NCBI RefSeq assembly: GCF_000737315.1
Contig: NZ_JMCB01000004.1
Coordinates: 20,001 to 144,000 of the forward strand
Length of the DNA: 124,000 bases
Origin: Hyalangium minutum
GTDB taxonomy: Bacteria; Myxococcota; Myxococcia; Myxococcales; Myxococcaceae
Reading direction: 5' to 3'
Each line of letters opens with the position of its first letter. The first letter of the stretch is position 1. Below, one piece after another: positions 102,578-113,509 of the stretch. The notes below the pieces were generated by a model. It saw only the letters and a program-made list of their open reading frames with translations, had not been told where the DNA came from and made no database searches. The position numbers and the translations under genes were made by a program.

Positions 102578-103426
102578 TCACGGAACGGTGATCTCCGCCG
102601 TGCCCACCTTGCGGCCGGCGGAGATGGAGATCAGGGCGCGCCCAGGCCCCACCGCCGTGGCCTTGCCGGAGCGGGAGATCCGGACGACGGAGGCATTCGA
102701 GGTGAACCAGTGGACGGGCACGCCTTCCACGGGCTTCCCCCGGCTGTCACGCACCTTGGTCTGGAGCTGAAGCTCCTGGCCTCGCTTCAAGGTAGACGTG
102801 CCCGGGTCGATGGACACCTGCGAGAGCGCGGGCATGACGAGGACGGACAGCTCCTGCCGCAAGTCTCCCAAGGTGGCCGTGAGCACGGCGGTGCCTGGGG
102901 CCACGCCGACGACCTTCCCGGCCTCGATGCGCGCGATGTGCTCGTCGCTGCTGCTCCACTCGGGAGTGCCATGGCGGATGCGCTTGCCCCGCTCATCCAG
103001 CACCGTGGCGGTGAGCCGCTCGGGGCGTCCCACCTCGATGAAGCTCCCATTCCCCGCCTGAAGCACCAGCTTGCCGGGAATGGACACCACGAAGCTCAGG
103101 CTGGCCCGGGCCTTCCCGCCGGAGACGTGGATGGTGGCGCGCCCGGTGCTCCGCGCGGTGACCACCCCGTTCTCCACCGTGGCGACCTCTGGCGCGGAGC
103201 TGGACCAGCTCAGCCGGGGCTCCGCCAGCCGTCGTCCCTGGGCATCGTGCGCCATGGACTCCAGCCTGATGGCTTGGCCTCGCTCCCCCAGCAGGCGAAC
103301 CTCCGGCTCCACGAGCGTCAGCTGCTCGGGAACCGGATCGCACCCGATGAGCAGGGCGCTCGAGAGGAAGCACAGCAGGGGGCGGCGGAGCAGCGGGGGC
103401 ACGATCATTCCGAGGCGCATGGGCAT
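102578..103426 (-). CDS. Bacterial Ig-like (Big_2) repeat lipoprotein
   Basis: Lipobox LIGC; three WSSS..VA.V..G.VTA...G.A units. Confidence 0.88.
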   Translation of the reverse strand: MPMRLGMIVPPLLRRPLLCFLSSALLIGCDPVPEQLTLVEPEVRLLGERGQAIRLESMAHDAQGRRLAEPRLSWSSSAPEVATVENGVVTARSTGRATIHVSGGKARASLSFVVSIPGKLVLQAGNGSFIEVGRPERLTATVLDERGKRIRHGTPEWSSSDEHIARIEAGKVVGVAPGTAVLTATLGDLRQELSVLVMPALSQVSIDPGTSTLKRGQELQLQTKVRDSRGKPVEGVPVHWFTSNASVVRISRSGKATAVGPGRALISISAGRKVGTAEITVP

Positions 103427-103440
103427 GCGGCGGCAGGGGG

Positions 103441-103731
103441 CTACTTGCGGCCCGTCTTCTTGGGGGGCGGGGGGGCAGGCCTCTCCGCGGCGAGCTTCAG
103501 CTCATCACGCTCCCGCGACACCTCCGTGAGGGTGTCTTCCAAATCCGCGACCTTGGCCTTCAAGGTCTTGTTCTCCGCGCGCAACACGCGCGACTCCGCG
103601 CGCAGCGAGTCGGTCTCCGAGCGCAGTGAGGTCGCCTCCGCGCGCACCTGCCTCAGCTCCTTGGAGGGACCACATGCCGAGAGCAGCCCTCCGGCTAGCA
103701 CTGCCATCACCCAGGTCTTCATCAACGCCAA
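103441..103731 (-). CDS. Small coiled-coil lipoprotein
   Basis: LSACGPSKEL, heptad repeats and a Pro/Lys tail. Confidence 0.75.
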   Translation of the reverse strand: MALMKTWVMAVLAGGLLSACGPSKELRQVRAEATSLRSETDSLRAESRVLRAENKTLKAKVADLEDTLTEVSRERDELKLAAERPAPPPPKKTGRK

Positions 103732-103912
103732 GCTCCTCGAGGGCTCGCGCCAGCGGCCTTCCGCTGGAGGCGGCCCACCCGCGAGTGCAGAGCAAGCCGT
103801 GTGCCCACAGCCCAGCTGCTCTGAGTCGCCCGGCTCTGGGCGCGGAACCGTGGCAAGACGCCAGACCTCCCTGGCGTGTTGCCATGCCTCTGTGGCACGC
103901 CCGGGGCCTGCG

Positions 103913-104188
103913 CTACTTCTTGGCCGTGGTGCCTGGCTTCTTCGGGGCCGCCGGAGCGGGAGCCGGTGTGGCCGCTGGGGCGGGCTTCGCCGCGGCGAGC
104001 TTCAGCTGGTCGCGCTCCTGGCGCACCTTCTGGAAATTCCCCTCCAGCTCGGCGAGCTGGGTCTTCAGCTTCGTGTTCTCCTGGCGGAGGGCATCCGCGT
104101 CTCCCTTGGCCCGCTCCAGCTCTTTGGAAGGTCCGCACGCCACCAGGGGAGCGAGCGCCAGCACCAGGGCTGCCATCCACGCCTTCAT
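103913..104188 (-). CDS. Small coiled-coil lipoprotein (paralog of 103441..103731)
   Basis: LVACGPSKEL, heptad repeats and an Ala/Pro/Lys tail. Confidence 0.75.
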   Translation of the reverse strand: MKAWMAALVLALAPLVACGPSKELERAKGDADALRQENTKLKTQLAELEGNFQKVRQERDQLKLAAAKPAPAATPAPAPAAPKKPGTTAKK

Positions 104189-104430
104189 TCGTCTTCAACC
104201 TCCTGACAGGTCCGAGCCGGAGTCCGTCTCCGGGCTTGGCCTGAGCGGGAGGAGCCAAAGCAAGACGCGTTCCTCCCGTGCGTCCCGAGGGGCGCCCTGC
104301 GTGAGCTCAAGAAAACCGTGGCAGGAAGCCATGGCCACCCAGGTGTGTTGCCATGGCTGGATGCTCCCTTTTTCCGTTGTGTCGAGGGGGGCACCGCCCC
104401 ATCCTGAGGAAGGCTGTCATCAACGTTCCC

Positions 104431-107343
104431 ATGACTTCCTCCCCCTCCGAGCAGGAACAGGCCCTCCTGGGCGAGATCGCTCGCCTTCGCGCACTGGAGG
104501 ACGCCCTTCGCGTGGCCAACGAGCGCATCCAGCTGGCGCTGAACGCTGGAGCGGTGATTGGCACCTGGGTGTGGGACGTCCGAAGGGACCACTTCACGGC
104601 CGATGAGCGCTTTGCCCGGTCCTTCTCAATCAATCCGGAACTGGCGGCGCAAGGCCTTCCGTTGAGCGTGGTCATCACCTCCATCCACCCGGAGGACCGT
104701 CCTCGAATCGAAGCCCTGGTCGCCCGGACGGCGGAGATGGGGGGGCCCTATCGCGCCGAGTACCGGACACGCCAGCTCGATGGCTCCTACCTCTGGGTGG
104801 AGGCCAATGGCCACTGCGAGCACGGACCCGACGGCAAGCCGGACCGTTTCCCGGGGGTGCTGATCAACATCGACGAGCGGAAGAAGGCGGAGCTGCGCCA
104901 GGCCGCCCTCGTCGAGGTGGGCGACAAGCTTCGAGAGCTGGGCGACGCCGGCGAGGTGGCCCACGCCGCCATGGAGGTGGTCGGGCGGGTCATCGGCGTC
105001 ATCCGCGCCGGCTATGGCCGGGTCGACCCGGCCCTGCGAAAGGTGGAGATCGAGCAAGACTGGGTCAGTGCTCCCGGCGCGCTCAGCGTCCGGGGCGTGC
105101 ACGAGTTCACCCGGTACGGCACCTACATCGAGAACCTCGAGCGGGGCGAGGTGGTCAGCATCCGGGACATCGAGGTGGATTCCCGGACCATGGTGGGCGT
105201 GGAGAACCTGCGGCGGTTTGGCATCCGCGCGATGGTCAACGTGCCGTTGCTGGAGCAGGGGCGCCTGGTCGCGGTCCTGTTCCTTCATGACCGGGTGGTG
105301 CGCGACTGGTCTCCGGACGAGATCGAGTTCATGCGCAACGTGGCCGACCGCATCTGGGCAGCCAGCGAGCGCATCAAGGCCGTGGCGGAGCTGCGGCGGG
105401 CCAAAGAGACGCTCGAGCAGCGTGTCGCTCAGCGCACCCGCGAGCGCGATCGCCTCTGGAACGTCTCGCAGGATCTGCTGCTGGTGGCGGACTTCGAGGG
105501 CCGCTTCCTCAGCGTGAACCCCGCGTGGACCTTGGTGCTGGGCTGGACGGAAGCGGAGCTGTTGGGGAAGACCTCCCGCTGGCTGGAGCACCCGGAGGAC
105601 GGAGGAAAGACGCAGGCCGAGGTGGCGAGCCTGGCGGCGGGCTTCGCGACGCTGCGGTTCGAGAACACGTTCCGGCACAAGAACGGCACGTACCGCACCT
105701 TGTCCTGGACGGCGGTGCCGGTGCCGGAGGAGGGCGTGCTCTACGCCGTGGCGCGCGACATCACCGAGCAGCGCCAGACCGAGGATCAGCTGCGCCAGGC
105801 CCAGAAAATGGAGGCCATTGGCCAGCTGACGGGCGGCGTGGCGCACGACTTCAACAACCTGCTCCAGGTCGTCAGCGGCAACCTCCAGCTGCTCCAGCGG
105901 GACGTGGGCGGCAACCCGAACGCCCTGCGCCGCCTGCAGACGGCCGTCAGCGCCGTGGAGCGAGGCGCCAAGCTCGCGTCCCAGCTGCTCGCGTTCTCCC
106001 GCCGCCAGCCGCTCGAGCCACTGGTGCTCAACCTGGGCCGGCTGGTGCGCGGCATGGACGACATGCTGCGCCGCTCCCTGGGCGAGAACGTGGAGGTGGA
106101 GACGCTGGTCTCACCAGGGCTGTGGAACACCTCGGTGGATCCCAACCAGCTCGAGAACGTCATCCTCAACCTGGCCATCAACGCCCGGGATGCGATGGCG
106201 GGCACGGGCACGCTGACCATCGAAGTCAGCAACACCACGCTGGACGAGCGCTATGCCCAGCGTCACCCGGAGGTGGTGCCGGGGCCCTACGTGCTGCTGT
106301 CCGTCTCCGACACGGGCAGCGGCATGACTCCCGAGGTGCTCGAGCGGGCCTTCGAGCCCTTCTTCACCACCAAGCCCGAGGGCCGCGGCACCGGGCTGGG
106401 CCTGAGCATGGTGTATGGCTTCGTCCGGCAGAGCGGCGGCCACGTGACGATCCAGAGCGAGGTGGGGCGCGGCACGACGATTCAGATCTACCTGCCGCGC
106501 TCGTTCCAGGATGAGTCGGCGCCCGTGGAAGGCCTCACGGGCCCTGTCGAGGGCGGCACCGAGACGATCCTGGTGGTGGAGGATGACGCGCAGGTGCGGG
106601 CCACGGTGGTGGAGCTGCTGAGCGAGCTGGGCTACCAGGTGCTCAAGGCCGTGGATGGGCAGAGCGCGCTGGCGATCATCCAAAGCGGGGTGCCGGTGGA
106701 CCTGCTGTTCACGGATGTGGTGATGCCGGGGCCGGTGCGCAGCACGGAGCTGGCGCGGCTGGCCAAGGAGCTGGTGCCGCACATCGAGGTGCTCTTCACC
106801 TCGGGCTATGCGGAGGACGCCATCGTCCACGGGGGGCGGCTCGATCCCGGACTCCACCTGCTGAGCAAGCCCCACCGCCACGAGGACCTGGCGCGCAAGG
106901 TGCGGCAGCTGCTCAACCACCGGCAGCAGCGGCAGGCCCCCGAGTCCCCAGGTGCGAGGAAGACGCCCGTGCCCATTCCCTCTCTGCGGCTGCGCGTGCT
107001 GCTGGTGGAGGATGACGAGGAGATCCGCACGTCCACCCAGGAACTCCTGGACTTGCTCGGGCACGAGGTGGTGGCGGTGTCGAGCGCGGAGGCGGCGCGG
107101 GGCGCCTTGGCGGCGGGCGCCTTCGAGGTGCTCTTCACGGACGTGTCACTGCCGGGAGGCTCGGGCGCGGACCTGGCGCGTGAGGTGATGAAGCGCCATC
107201 CCGGGATGCGGGTCATCATCGCCTCGGGGGATGGGAGCGAGGCGATGAACGGGGAGCGCCCGGGCGTGGCCGTGCTGCTGCCCAAGCCCTACGCGCTGGC
107301 TCAGATTCAAGAGGCGCTCGCGCGAGTGGTGGCCTCTCGCTGA
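104431..107343 (+). CDS. Soluble hybrid kinase PAS-GAF-PAS-HisKA-HATPase-REC-REC
   Basis: IHPEDR, GAF, HDFNNLL, NLAINARDAM and two receivers. Confidence 0.94.
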   Translation: MTSSPSEQEQALLGEIARLRALEDALRVANERIQLALNAGAVIGTWVWDVRRDHFTADERFARSFSINPELAAQGLPLSVVITSIHPEDRPRIEALVARTAEMGGPYRAEYRTRQLDGSYLWVEANGHCEHGPDGKPDRFPGVLINIDERKKAELRQAALVEVGDKLRELGDAGEVAHAAMEVVGRVIGVIRAGYGRVDPALRKVEIEQDWVSAPGALSVRGVHEFTRYGTYIENLERGEVVSIRDIEVDSRTMVGVENLRRFGIRAMVNVPLLEQGRLVAVLFLHDRVVRDWSPDEIEFMRNVADRIWAASERIKAVAELRRAKETLEQRVAQRTRERDRLWNVSQDLLLVADFEGRFLSVNPAWTLVLGWTEAELLGKTSRWLEHPEDGGKTQAEVASLAAGFATLRFENTFRHKNGTYRTLSWTAVPVPEEGVLYAVARDITEQRQTEDQLRQAQKMEAIGQLTGGVAHDFNNLLQVVSGNLQLLQRDVGGNPNALRRLQTAVSAVERGAKLASQLLAFSRRQPLEPLVLNLGRLVRGMDDMLRRSLGENVEVETLVSPGLWNTSVDPNQLENVILNLAINARDAMAGTGTLTIEVSNTTLDERYAQRHPEVVPGPYVLLSVSDTGSGMTPEVLERAFEPFFTTKPEGRGTGLGLSMVYGFVRQSGGHVTIQSEVGRGTTIQIYLPRSFQDESAPVEGLTGPVEGGTETILVVEDDAQVRATVVELLSELGYQVLKAVDGQSALAIIQSGVPVDLLFTDVVMPGPVRSTELARLAKELVPHIEVLFTSGYAEDAIVHGGRLDPGLHLLSKPHRHEDLARKVRQLLNHRQQRQAPESPGARKTPVPIPSLRLRVLLVEDDEEIRTSTQELLDLLGHEVVAVSSAEAARGALAAGAFEVLFTDVSLPGGSGADLAREVMKRHPGMRVIIASGDGSEAMNGERPGVAVLLPKPYALAQIQEALARVVASR

Positions 107344-107352
107344 GCCGTGGCG

Positions 107353-108936
<1,584 letters not shown>

Positions 108937-109063
108937 GGAAGAGCTTTAATCGTGTCCAGGAAAGCCGGGGAGTGAGGGATCTCCCGCTGGGGCCGAATGC
109001 GTCCACCAGCGCACGGTGCCGTGAGCGCTCGGTTCACTCCTGGACGTCTGCGTCACTTCTCGT

Positions 109064-109630
109064 TTAGAGCACCCGGCCGCGCAGCTCGGGGCTGGGGCGC
109101 TGGATGATCTCTGTGGTGAGCAGCAGGTGGGGTTCCACTGCCGCCGCCGCTCCTTCGAGCGCCGCCTCCACCATATGGAGCTCTCCGGCCAGGACGAAGA
109201 CGCCCTTGCCGCCGATGCCCCGCGCCAGCTGCAGCCGCTCCAGCACCACCTCGGCGCGCTTGAGCGCCGTGTCCGCGCACAGCAGCGCCGCGGCCACCGT
109301 GTGCGTCTCGACGATGCCCACGCTCTCTCCGAACGTGCCCGGGAAGCGGCCCTGGAGCCCGGCCACGAGCCCGTCCGCGGCCATGGGCAGCAGCAGCTTG
109401 TCCAGCAGCGTGCGGCCGGCCACCTCGAGCCCCTCCTGGAAGGACTCCTGCACCTCGGCCACGCCGCCGGAGAACAGCAGCAGGTACTTGCCCGGCGTCA
109501 CCGCCTCCGCCATTGCCAGTGTCACCGGTGCGCGCTTCACCACCGCGTCGGCCACGACGTAGCCGCGCGCGATGGAGTCCAGCTCCAGGAGCGCCAGCGC
109601 AGGGCCGGGAAGTGGCAGGGGATCAGACAA
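109064..109630 (-). CDS. BMC shell pseudohexamer BMC-T (single-layer, Haliangium T1/PduT-like)
   Basis: ALLELDSIARG..VADA..KRA, GKYL and tandem BMC domains ending IIQRP. Confidence 0.9.
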   Translation of the reverse strand: MSDPLPLPGPALALLELDSIARGYVVADAVVKRAPVTLAMAEAVTPGKYLLLFSGGVAEVQESFQEGLEVAGRTLLDKLLLPMAADGLVAGLQGRFPGTFGESVGIVETHTVAAALLCADTALKRAEVVLERLQLARGIGGKGVFVLAGELHMVEAALEGAAAAVEPHLLLTTEIIQRPSPELRGRVL

Positions 109631-111149
109631 TGCGGAACGAGTCCTTGAGGGTGCAGCGCCGCTCGCGGGTGAAGCTCAGCGCGGTGGTGAGCCCCTCGCC
109701 CGTGGGGGAGGCGATGGTGAAGGAGGTGTAGCCCTCGCCCGTCATTCCCAGCCCGGCGAACGAGGGCCCGTTCTTCACGAAGATGGAAGTGTTGATGAGG
109801 CGCGCCATCGTGCTGAGGTGGTCCACGTTCGTGGAGTGCATGGTGGCCGTGTGCCCGAAGCCGTGCTCGGCCTGGACAGCGGCGGTGATGCAGTCCTCCA
109901 CGTTGCGCAGCCGCGTGAAGCCCATCACTGGCAGCAGCAGCTCCGCCTGGATGAACGGGTGGGTGGCGTCCACCTCGGCGAACAGCAGCCGCGTGCCCTG
110001 GGGCACCCGGATGCCCGCCGCGTCCGCGATCTTCTCCGCGTCCTTGCCCACCCAGTCCTTCACCGGGTGGCCGTCGTGGACTACCAGCTTCTCCAGCCGG
110101 TGGATGGCCGCGCCCGTCACCTCGTAGGCGCCGTAGCGCTCCATCTGCGCCTTGAGCTCGTCGGCGATGGAGGCCACCGCGAAGACTTCCTTCTCCACGA
110201 TGCAGACGATGTTGTTGTCCAGCGAGGCCCCGTCGACGATGTCCTTGGCCGCGCGGGCAATGTGAGCCGTCTCGTCCACCACGGCGGGCGGGTTGCCCGG
110301 GCCGGCGGCAATGGCCCGCTTGCCCGAGTTCATCGCCGCGCGCACCACCGCGGGCCCGCCCGTCACCACCAGCAGGCGCACGTTCTTGTGCTTCATCAGC
110401 GCCTGGGCCGAGTCGATCGTCGGCTCGGCCAGCGCGCACAGCAGGTTCTCCGGCCCGCCCGCGGAGACGATGGCCTCGTTGAGCAGCTGGATGTGGTACG
110501 CGCTCACCCGCTTGGCGCTCGGGTGCACGTTGAACACCACCGCGTTGCCCCCGGCGACCATGCCGATGCCGTTGTTGATGATCGTCTCGGTGGGGTTGGT
110601 GGTGGGGGTGATGGAGCCGATGACGCCGTAGGGCGCGCGCTCCAGCAGCGCCAGCCCGTGATCCCCGGTGAAGGCCACGGGCTTGAGGATCTCCGTGCCC
110701 GGCGTCTTGTTGGCGCACAGGAGGTTCTTCTTGATCTTGTCCTCCACGCGCCCCAGCCCCGTCTCTTTCACCGCCATCTCGGACAGCTCGCGGGCGGCGC
110801 GGCGGGTGGTCTCACGCATGGCCTCGATGGCGCGGTCCTTCACCTCGAGGGACAGCTCGCCCCACTCCTCGAAGGCAGCGCGGGCGGCGGTGGTGGCGGC
110901 GTCGAGGTCATCGAAGATGCCCTTGCGGCCCTTGTGGAAGGCGGGCGCGCGCGAGGGCACGGGAGGACGGGCCTCGGGGGTGAGGGGAGCGGTGCCATAG
111001 CGGCGCTCGCTGCCTCGCCGGTCATCCGCGTGGCCCTGAGGGGGCTGGGCGGGGGCGGGGACCGGCTGGGGGAGATCCGACAGCTCCTTGGAGAGCTTGC
111101 GGACCACCTGATCGACAATCGCGTCGATCTGCTTCGCGTCAAAGCTCAT
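109623..111149 (-). CDS. CoA-acylating aldehyde dehydrogenase (EutE/PduP-like) with an N-terminal encapsulation peptide
   Basis: PYGVIG.ITPTTNP, TGGP.VV, AGPGNPP, catalytic DNNIVCIVEKE and EHGFGHTA. Confidence 0.93.
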   Translation of the reverse strand: MSFDAKQIDAIVDQVVRKLSKELSDLPQPVPAPAQPPQGHADDRRGSERRYGTAPLTPEARPPVPSRAPAFHKGRKGIFDDLDAATTAARAAFEEWGELSLEVKDRAIEAMRETTRRAARELSEMAVKETGLGRVEDKIKKNLLCANKTPGTEILKPVAFTGDHGLALLERAPYGVIGSITPTTNPTETIINNGIGMVAGGNAVVFNVHPSAKRVSAYHIQLLNEAIVSAGGPENLLCALAEPTIDSAQALMKHKNVRLLVVTGGPAVVRAAMNSGKRAIAAGPGNPPAVVDETAHIARAAKDIVDGASLDNNIVCIVEKEVFAVASIADELKAQMERYGAYEVTGAAIHRLEKLVVHDGHPVKDWVGKDAEKIADAAGIRVPQGTRLLFAEVDATHPFIQAELLLPVMGFTRLRNVEDCITAAVQAEHGFGHTATMHSTNVDHLSTMARLINTSIFVKNGPSFAGLGMTGEGYTSFTIASPTGEGLTTALSFTRERRCTLKDSFRIV

Positions 111150-111190
111150 CGGCGAGGCTCCTGGCGGGGCAGGGCGCCCGCCGCTTCACT

Positions 111191-111379
111191 TCACGAGGCG
111201 CGTGGCAGGGGCGGCACCTGCTCGGAGCCCTCGTAGTAGATGCTGGCGGTCTCCTTGCCGTAGACAACGAGGACCCGATCGCTCTGGGCGAGCAGATCGC
111301 CCGTCGCCTCGGTGACCTTGCGAACCAGGGAGTCAGACTGCGCCGAGCGTTTGGAGGCTCGGACTTTGACGACCGGCAT
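111191..111379 (-). CDS. 62-aa Met-Pro protein, possible tautomerase-superfamily (4-OT-like) fold
   Basis: SD (AGGA) lies just after the BMC-P stop. Sequence: MPVVKVRASKRSAQSDSLVRKVTEATGDLL...RVLVVY. Confidence 0.6.
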   Translation of the reverse strand: MPVVKVRASKRSAQSDSLVRKVTEATGDLLAQSDRVLVVYGKETASIYYEGSEQVPPLPRAS

Positions 111380-111388
111380 GGGGGATTC

Positions 111389-111679
111389 CTACTCCTTGAC
111401 GTACTTCAGTGTGCCGCCCACTTCCAACTGATCGACGATGGCCATGACGGTCGCGTCGACGGGGCGGTCCTTCGTCACCTTCGTCTGCCGGGCGCTGGAG
111501 CCAGAGCAGTAGAGCACCACCTCGCCCACGCCGGCGCCCACCGCATCCACGGCGACGACGACGGGGCCGGTGACTTTGCCCTCCAAGTCCATGCCGCGCA
111601 GCACGAGGAGCTTCAAGCCCTCGAGCTCCTGCTCTTTGCGCGTGGCGACCACCGTCCCCACGACCTTGCCCATCAGCAT
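111389..111679 (-). CDS. eutN: BMC vertex pentamer BMC-P (EutN/CcmL)
   Basis: [23 protein letters not shown]...GSSAR and [11 protein letters not shown]. Confidence 0.95.
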   Translation of the reverse strand: MLMGKVVGTVVATRKEQELEGLKLLVLRGMDLEGKVTGPVVVAVDAVGAGVGEVVLYCSGSSARQTKVTKDRPVDATVMAIVDQLEVGGTLKYVKE

Positions 111680-111712
111680 GCGCGGCTCCCGGGTGACTTA
111701 GAGGGGGACAGG

Positions 111713-112015
111713 TCAGGTCGTCCCAGCGTCCGTCTTGCCCTTGCGGCCGAGCGGCAGGACCTGGTCCAGGTTGCCGTGGGGGCGGGGAATCACGTGCACG
111801 GAGACCAGCTCGCCCACGCGCTCGGCGCCACGGGCTCCGGCCTCGGTGGCCGCCTTCACTGCCGCCACGTCGCCGCGGATGATGGCCGTCACGTAGCCGC
111901 CGCCGATCTTCTCGTAGCCGACGAACTCCACCTTCGCCGCCTTCACCATCGCGTCGGCCGCTTCGACCATGCCGACGAAGCCCTTCGTTTCGATCAGCCC
112001 GAGTGCATCCGCCAT
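111713..112015 (-). CDS. BMC shell hexamer BMC-H (EutM/PduA-like)
   Basis: [33 protein letters not shown] and HVIPRPH. Confidence 0.97.
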   Translation of the reverse strand: MADALGLIETKGFVGMVEAADAMVKAAKVEFVGYEKIGGGYVTAIIRGDVAAVKAATEAGARGAERVGELVSVHVIPRPHGNLDQVLPLGRKGKTDAGTT

Positions 112016-112084
112016 CTGTTCGTTCCTCTCCGCTGCTGCGGTGAAATCACGTCACGCCGTCCCCGAGAGGGGCCGGCTGAAAAC

Positions 112085-112723
112085 TCACTTGTCCTTGAGA
112101 GACGCCGGCTCCTTGCCGGTGAGGCCCTTGAGCGCCGCCACCGCCGCCGCCGCCGCCGCGTCGATCTCCGCCTCGGAGCCGGCCATGTAGAGCCGGCCGA
112201 AGGCGCCGTACGGTGTCACATCCACCAGCTTCACGTTGGCCGCCTTCTCCGCCTCGTTGGCCGCCAGCGCCGCGTACGCCGCGGGCTCGCACTCGAGGAT
112301 GAAGAGGGACTCGCCGGGCTCAATCAGCGAGCCGAAGCGGATCTTGTCCAGGATCATCGCGTGCATCGGCTCGATGGCGCGGATGACGGTGTTGGAGACC
112401 AGCTTGGGCTTGATCCGGTCCTCTTCCTTGGCCTCCAGGAACTTGAGGATGGAGTCACCGGCGCTGCGCACCTCGCCCTTGTCCTCGTGGTGGACCTCGA
112501 GCATGCCGTAGGCGCGCTCGACCACCAGCGTGGCGGGGAACACCCGCGTGTTCTTGAGCGCGGTGTCGATGATCCCGTGGATGGCCATACCCGGCGCGAT
112601 CTCCACGAAGAGCGATGCCACGTAGGGCACCGGGAAATAGCCACGGCACGTGGTGCAGATGTGCGCGGCGAGCTGCGGCTGCAGCGAGTCGAGGAAAACG
112701 AACGCCCGGAGCGACGTGGCCAA
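112085..112723 (-). CDS. BMC double-stacking trimer BMC-T(dp) (CcmP / Haliangium T2-like)
   Basis: [41 protein letters not shown] and [11 protein letters not shown]. Confidence 0.92.
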   Translation of the reverse strand: MATSLRAFVFLDSLQPQLAAHICTTCRGYFPVPYVASLFVEIAPGMAIHGIIDTALKNTRVFPATLVVERAYGMLEVHHEDKGEVRSAGDSILKFLEAKEEDRIKPKLVSNTVIRAIEPMHAMILDKIRFGSLIEPGESLFILECEPAAYAALAANEAEKAANVKLVDVTPYGAFGRLYMAGSEAEIDAAAAAAVAALKGLTGKEPASLKDK

Positions 112724-112817
112724 AACAACCCTCCCGGTACTGCCGGTAGAGGGACCTTGCTATAGCGAACCGAACACTTCGTTGACAAGCGCCGTCTGGA
112801 GTGGCGGTAAAGGTCGC

Positions 112818-113423
112818 ATGTCCCCCCAATTGCTCTTGATTTCCCTTGTATTCGGGCTCTCCACGGTGGCGGCCGCGCAGCCGGAAGAGGCTCCCCCTGC
112901 CACCCGCCGCGTAGGGCAGACGCCCGTCTGGCTGCCCCGTGGCGCCTTCCTGGGCACCTTCATCCGGAAGGGGGCGGTGGTTCCCCAGGCCCGGCTCCAG
113001 TGGCAGTTGACGCTCTTCCAGCAGAAGAAGGACGGCATCGTGCTCTTGATGGAGGGCGGAGGCGGGTGGGCCGCGGGGCTGCCGGACACGGCCGTGGAGG
113101 GCTTCGACGCGCCCATCCACTCTCTGTATGAGCACACGCTCATGTTCGGAGTGGGCTACCGCAACCAGGACCCGGCGGGTTTGCACTGGGGGTTTCAGGT
113201 CACGGGAGGACCTGTCTGGTATGGTGCGCATTACCGGGATCTCCCGGTTGAGCATGACTCGGCGGGGTTGATGGAGGGGCGTATCCACGTGGGATACCGC
113301 TTCGGGCCGGTGGTTCTGGGAGTGAGCGGCGGGTACGCCGAGCCCTTCAGCTACACGCGGCGCAGCGTGGCGCGTCAGTTCCTCGGGGGAGCGCAGTTCG
113401 GGTTCTTCGCGGATTGGAGATAA
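112818..113423 (+). CDS. Secreted hypothetical protein, probable small beta-barrel
   Basis: Signal peptide, amphipathic strands and terminal FFADWR. Confidence 0.65.
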   Translation: MSPQLLLISLVFGLSTVAAAQPEEAPPATRRVGQTPVWLPRGAFLGTFIRKGAVVPQARLQWQLTLFQQKKDGIVLLMEGGGGWAAGLPDTAVEGFDAPIHSLYEHTLMFGVGYRNQDPAGLHWGFQVTGGPVWYGAHYRDLPVEHDSAGLMEGRIHVGYRFGPVVLGVSGGYAEPFSYTRRSVARQFLGGAQFGFFADWR

Positions 113424-113509
113424 CCCTAGGCTCCTACCTGTCCTTGCCAGTCCTTCACAGGGCTGCGTAACGTGCGAAGTCATCCCCTCGGAGTCACGGG
113501 AGTGTCGCG

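Noticed and set aside
88267-104430. Integrated mobile element at tRNA(CAT)
   Set aside because: No integrase, transposase or att duplication was recognised, and the block lies on the 5' side of the tRNA.
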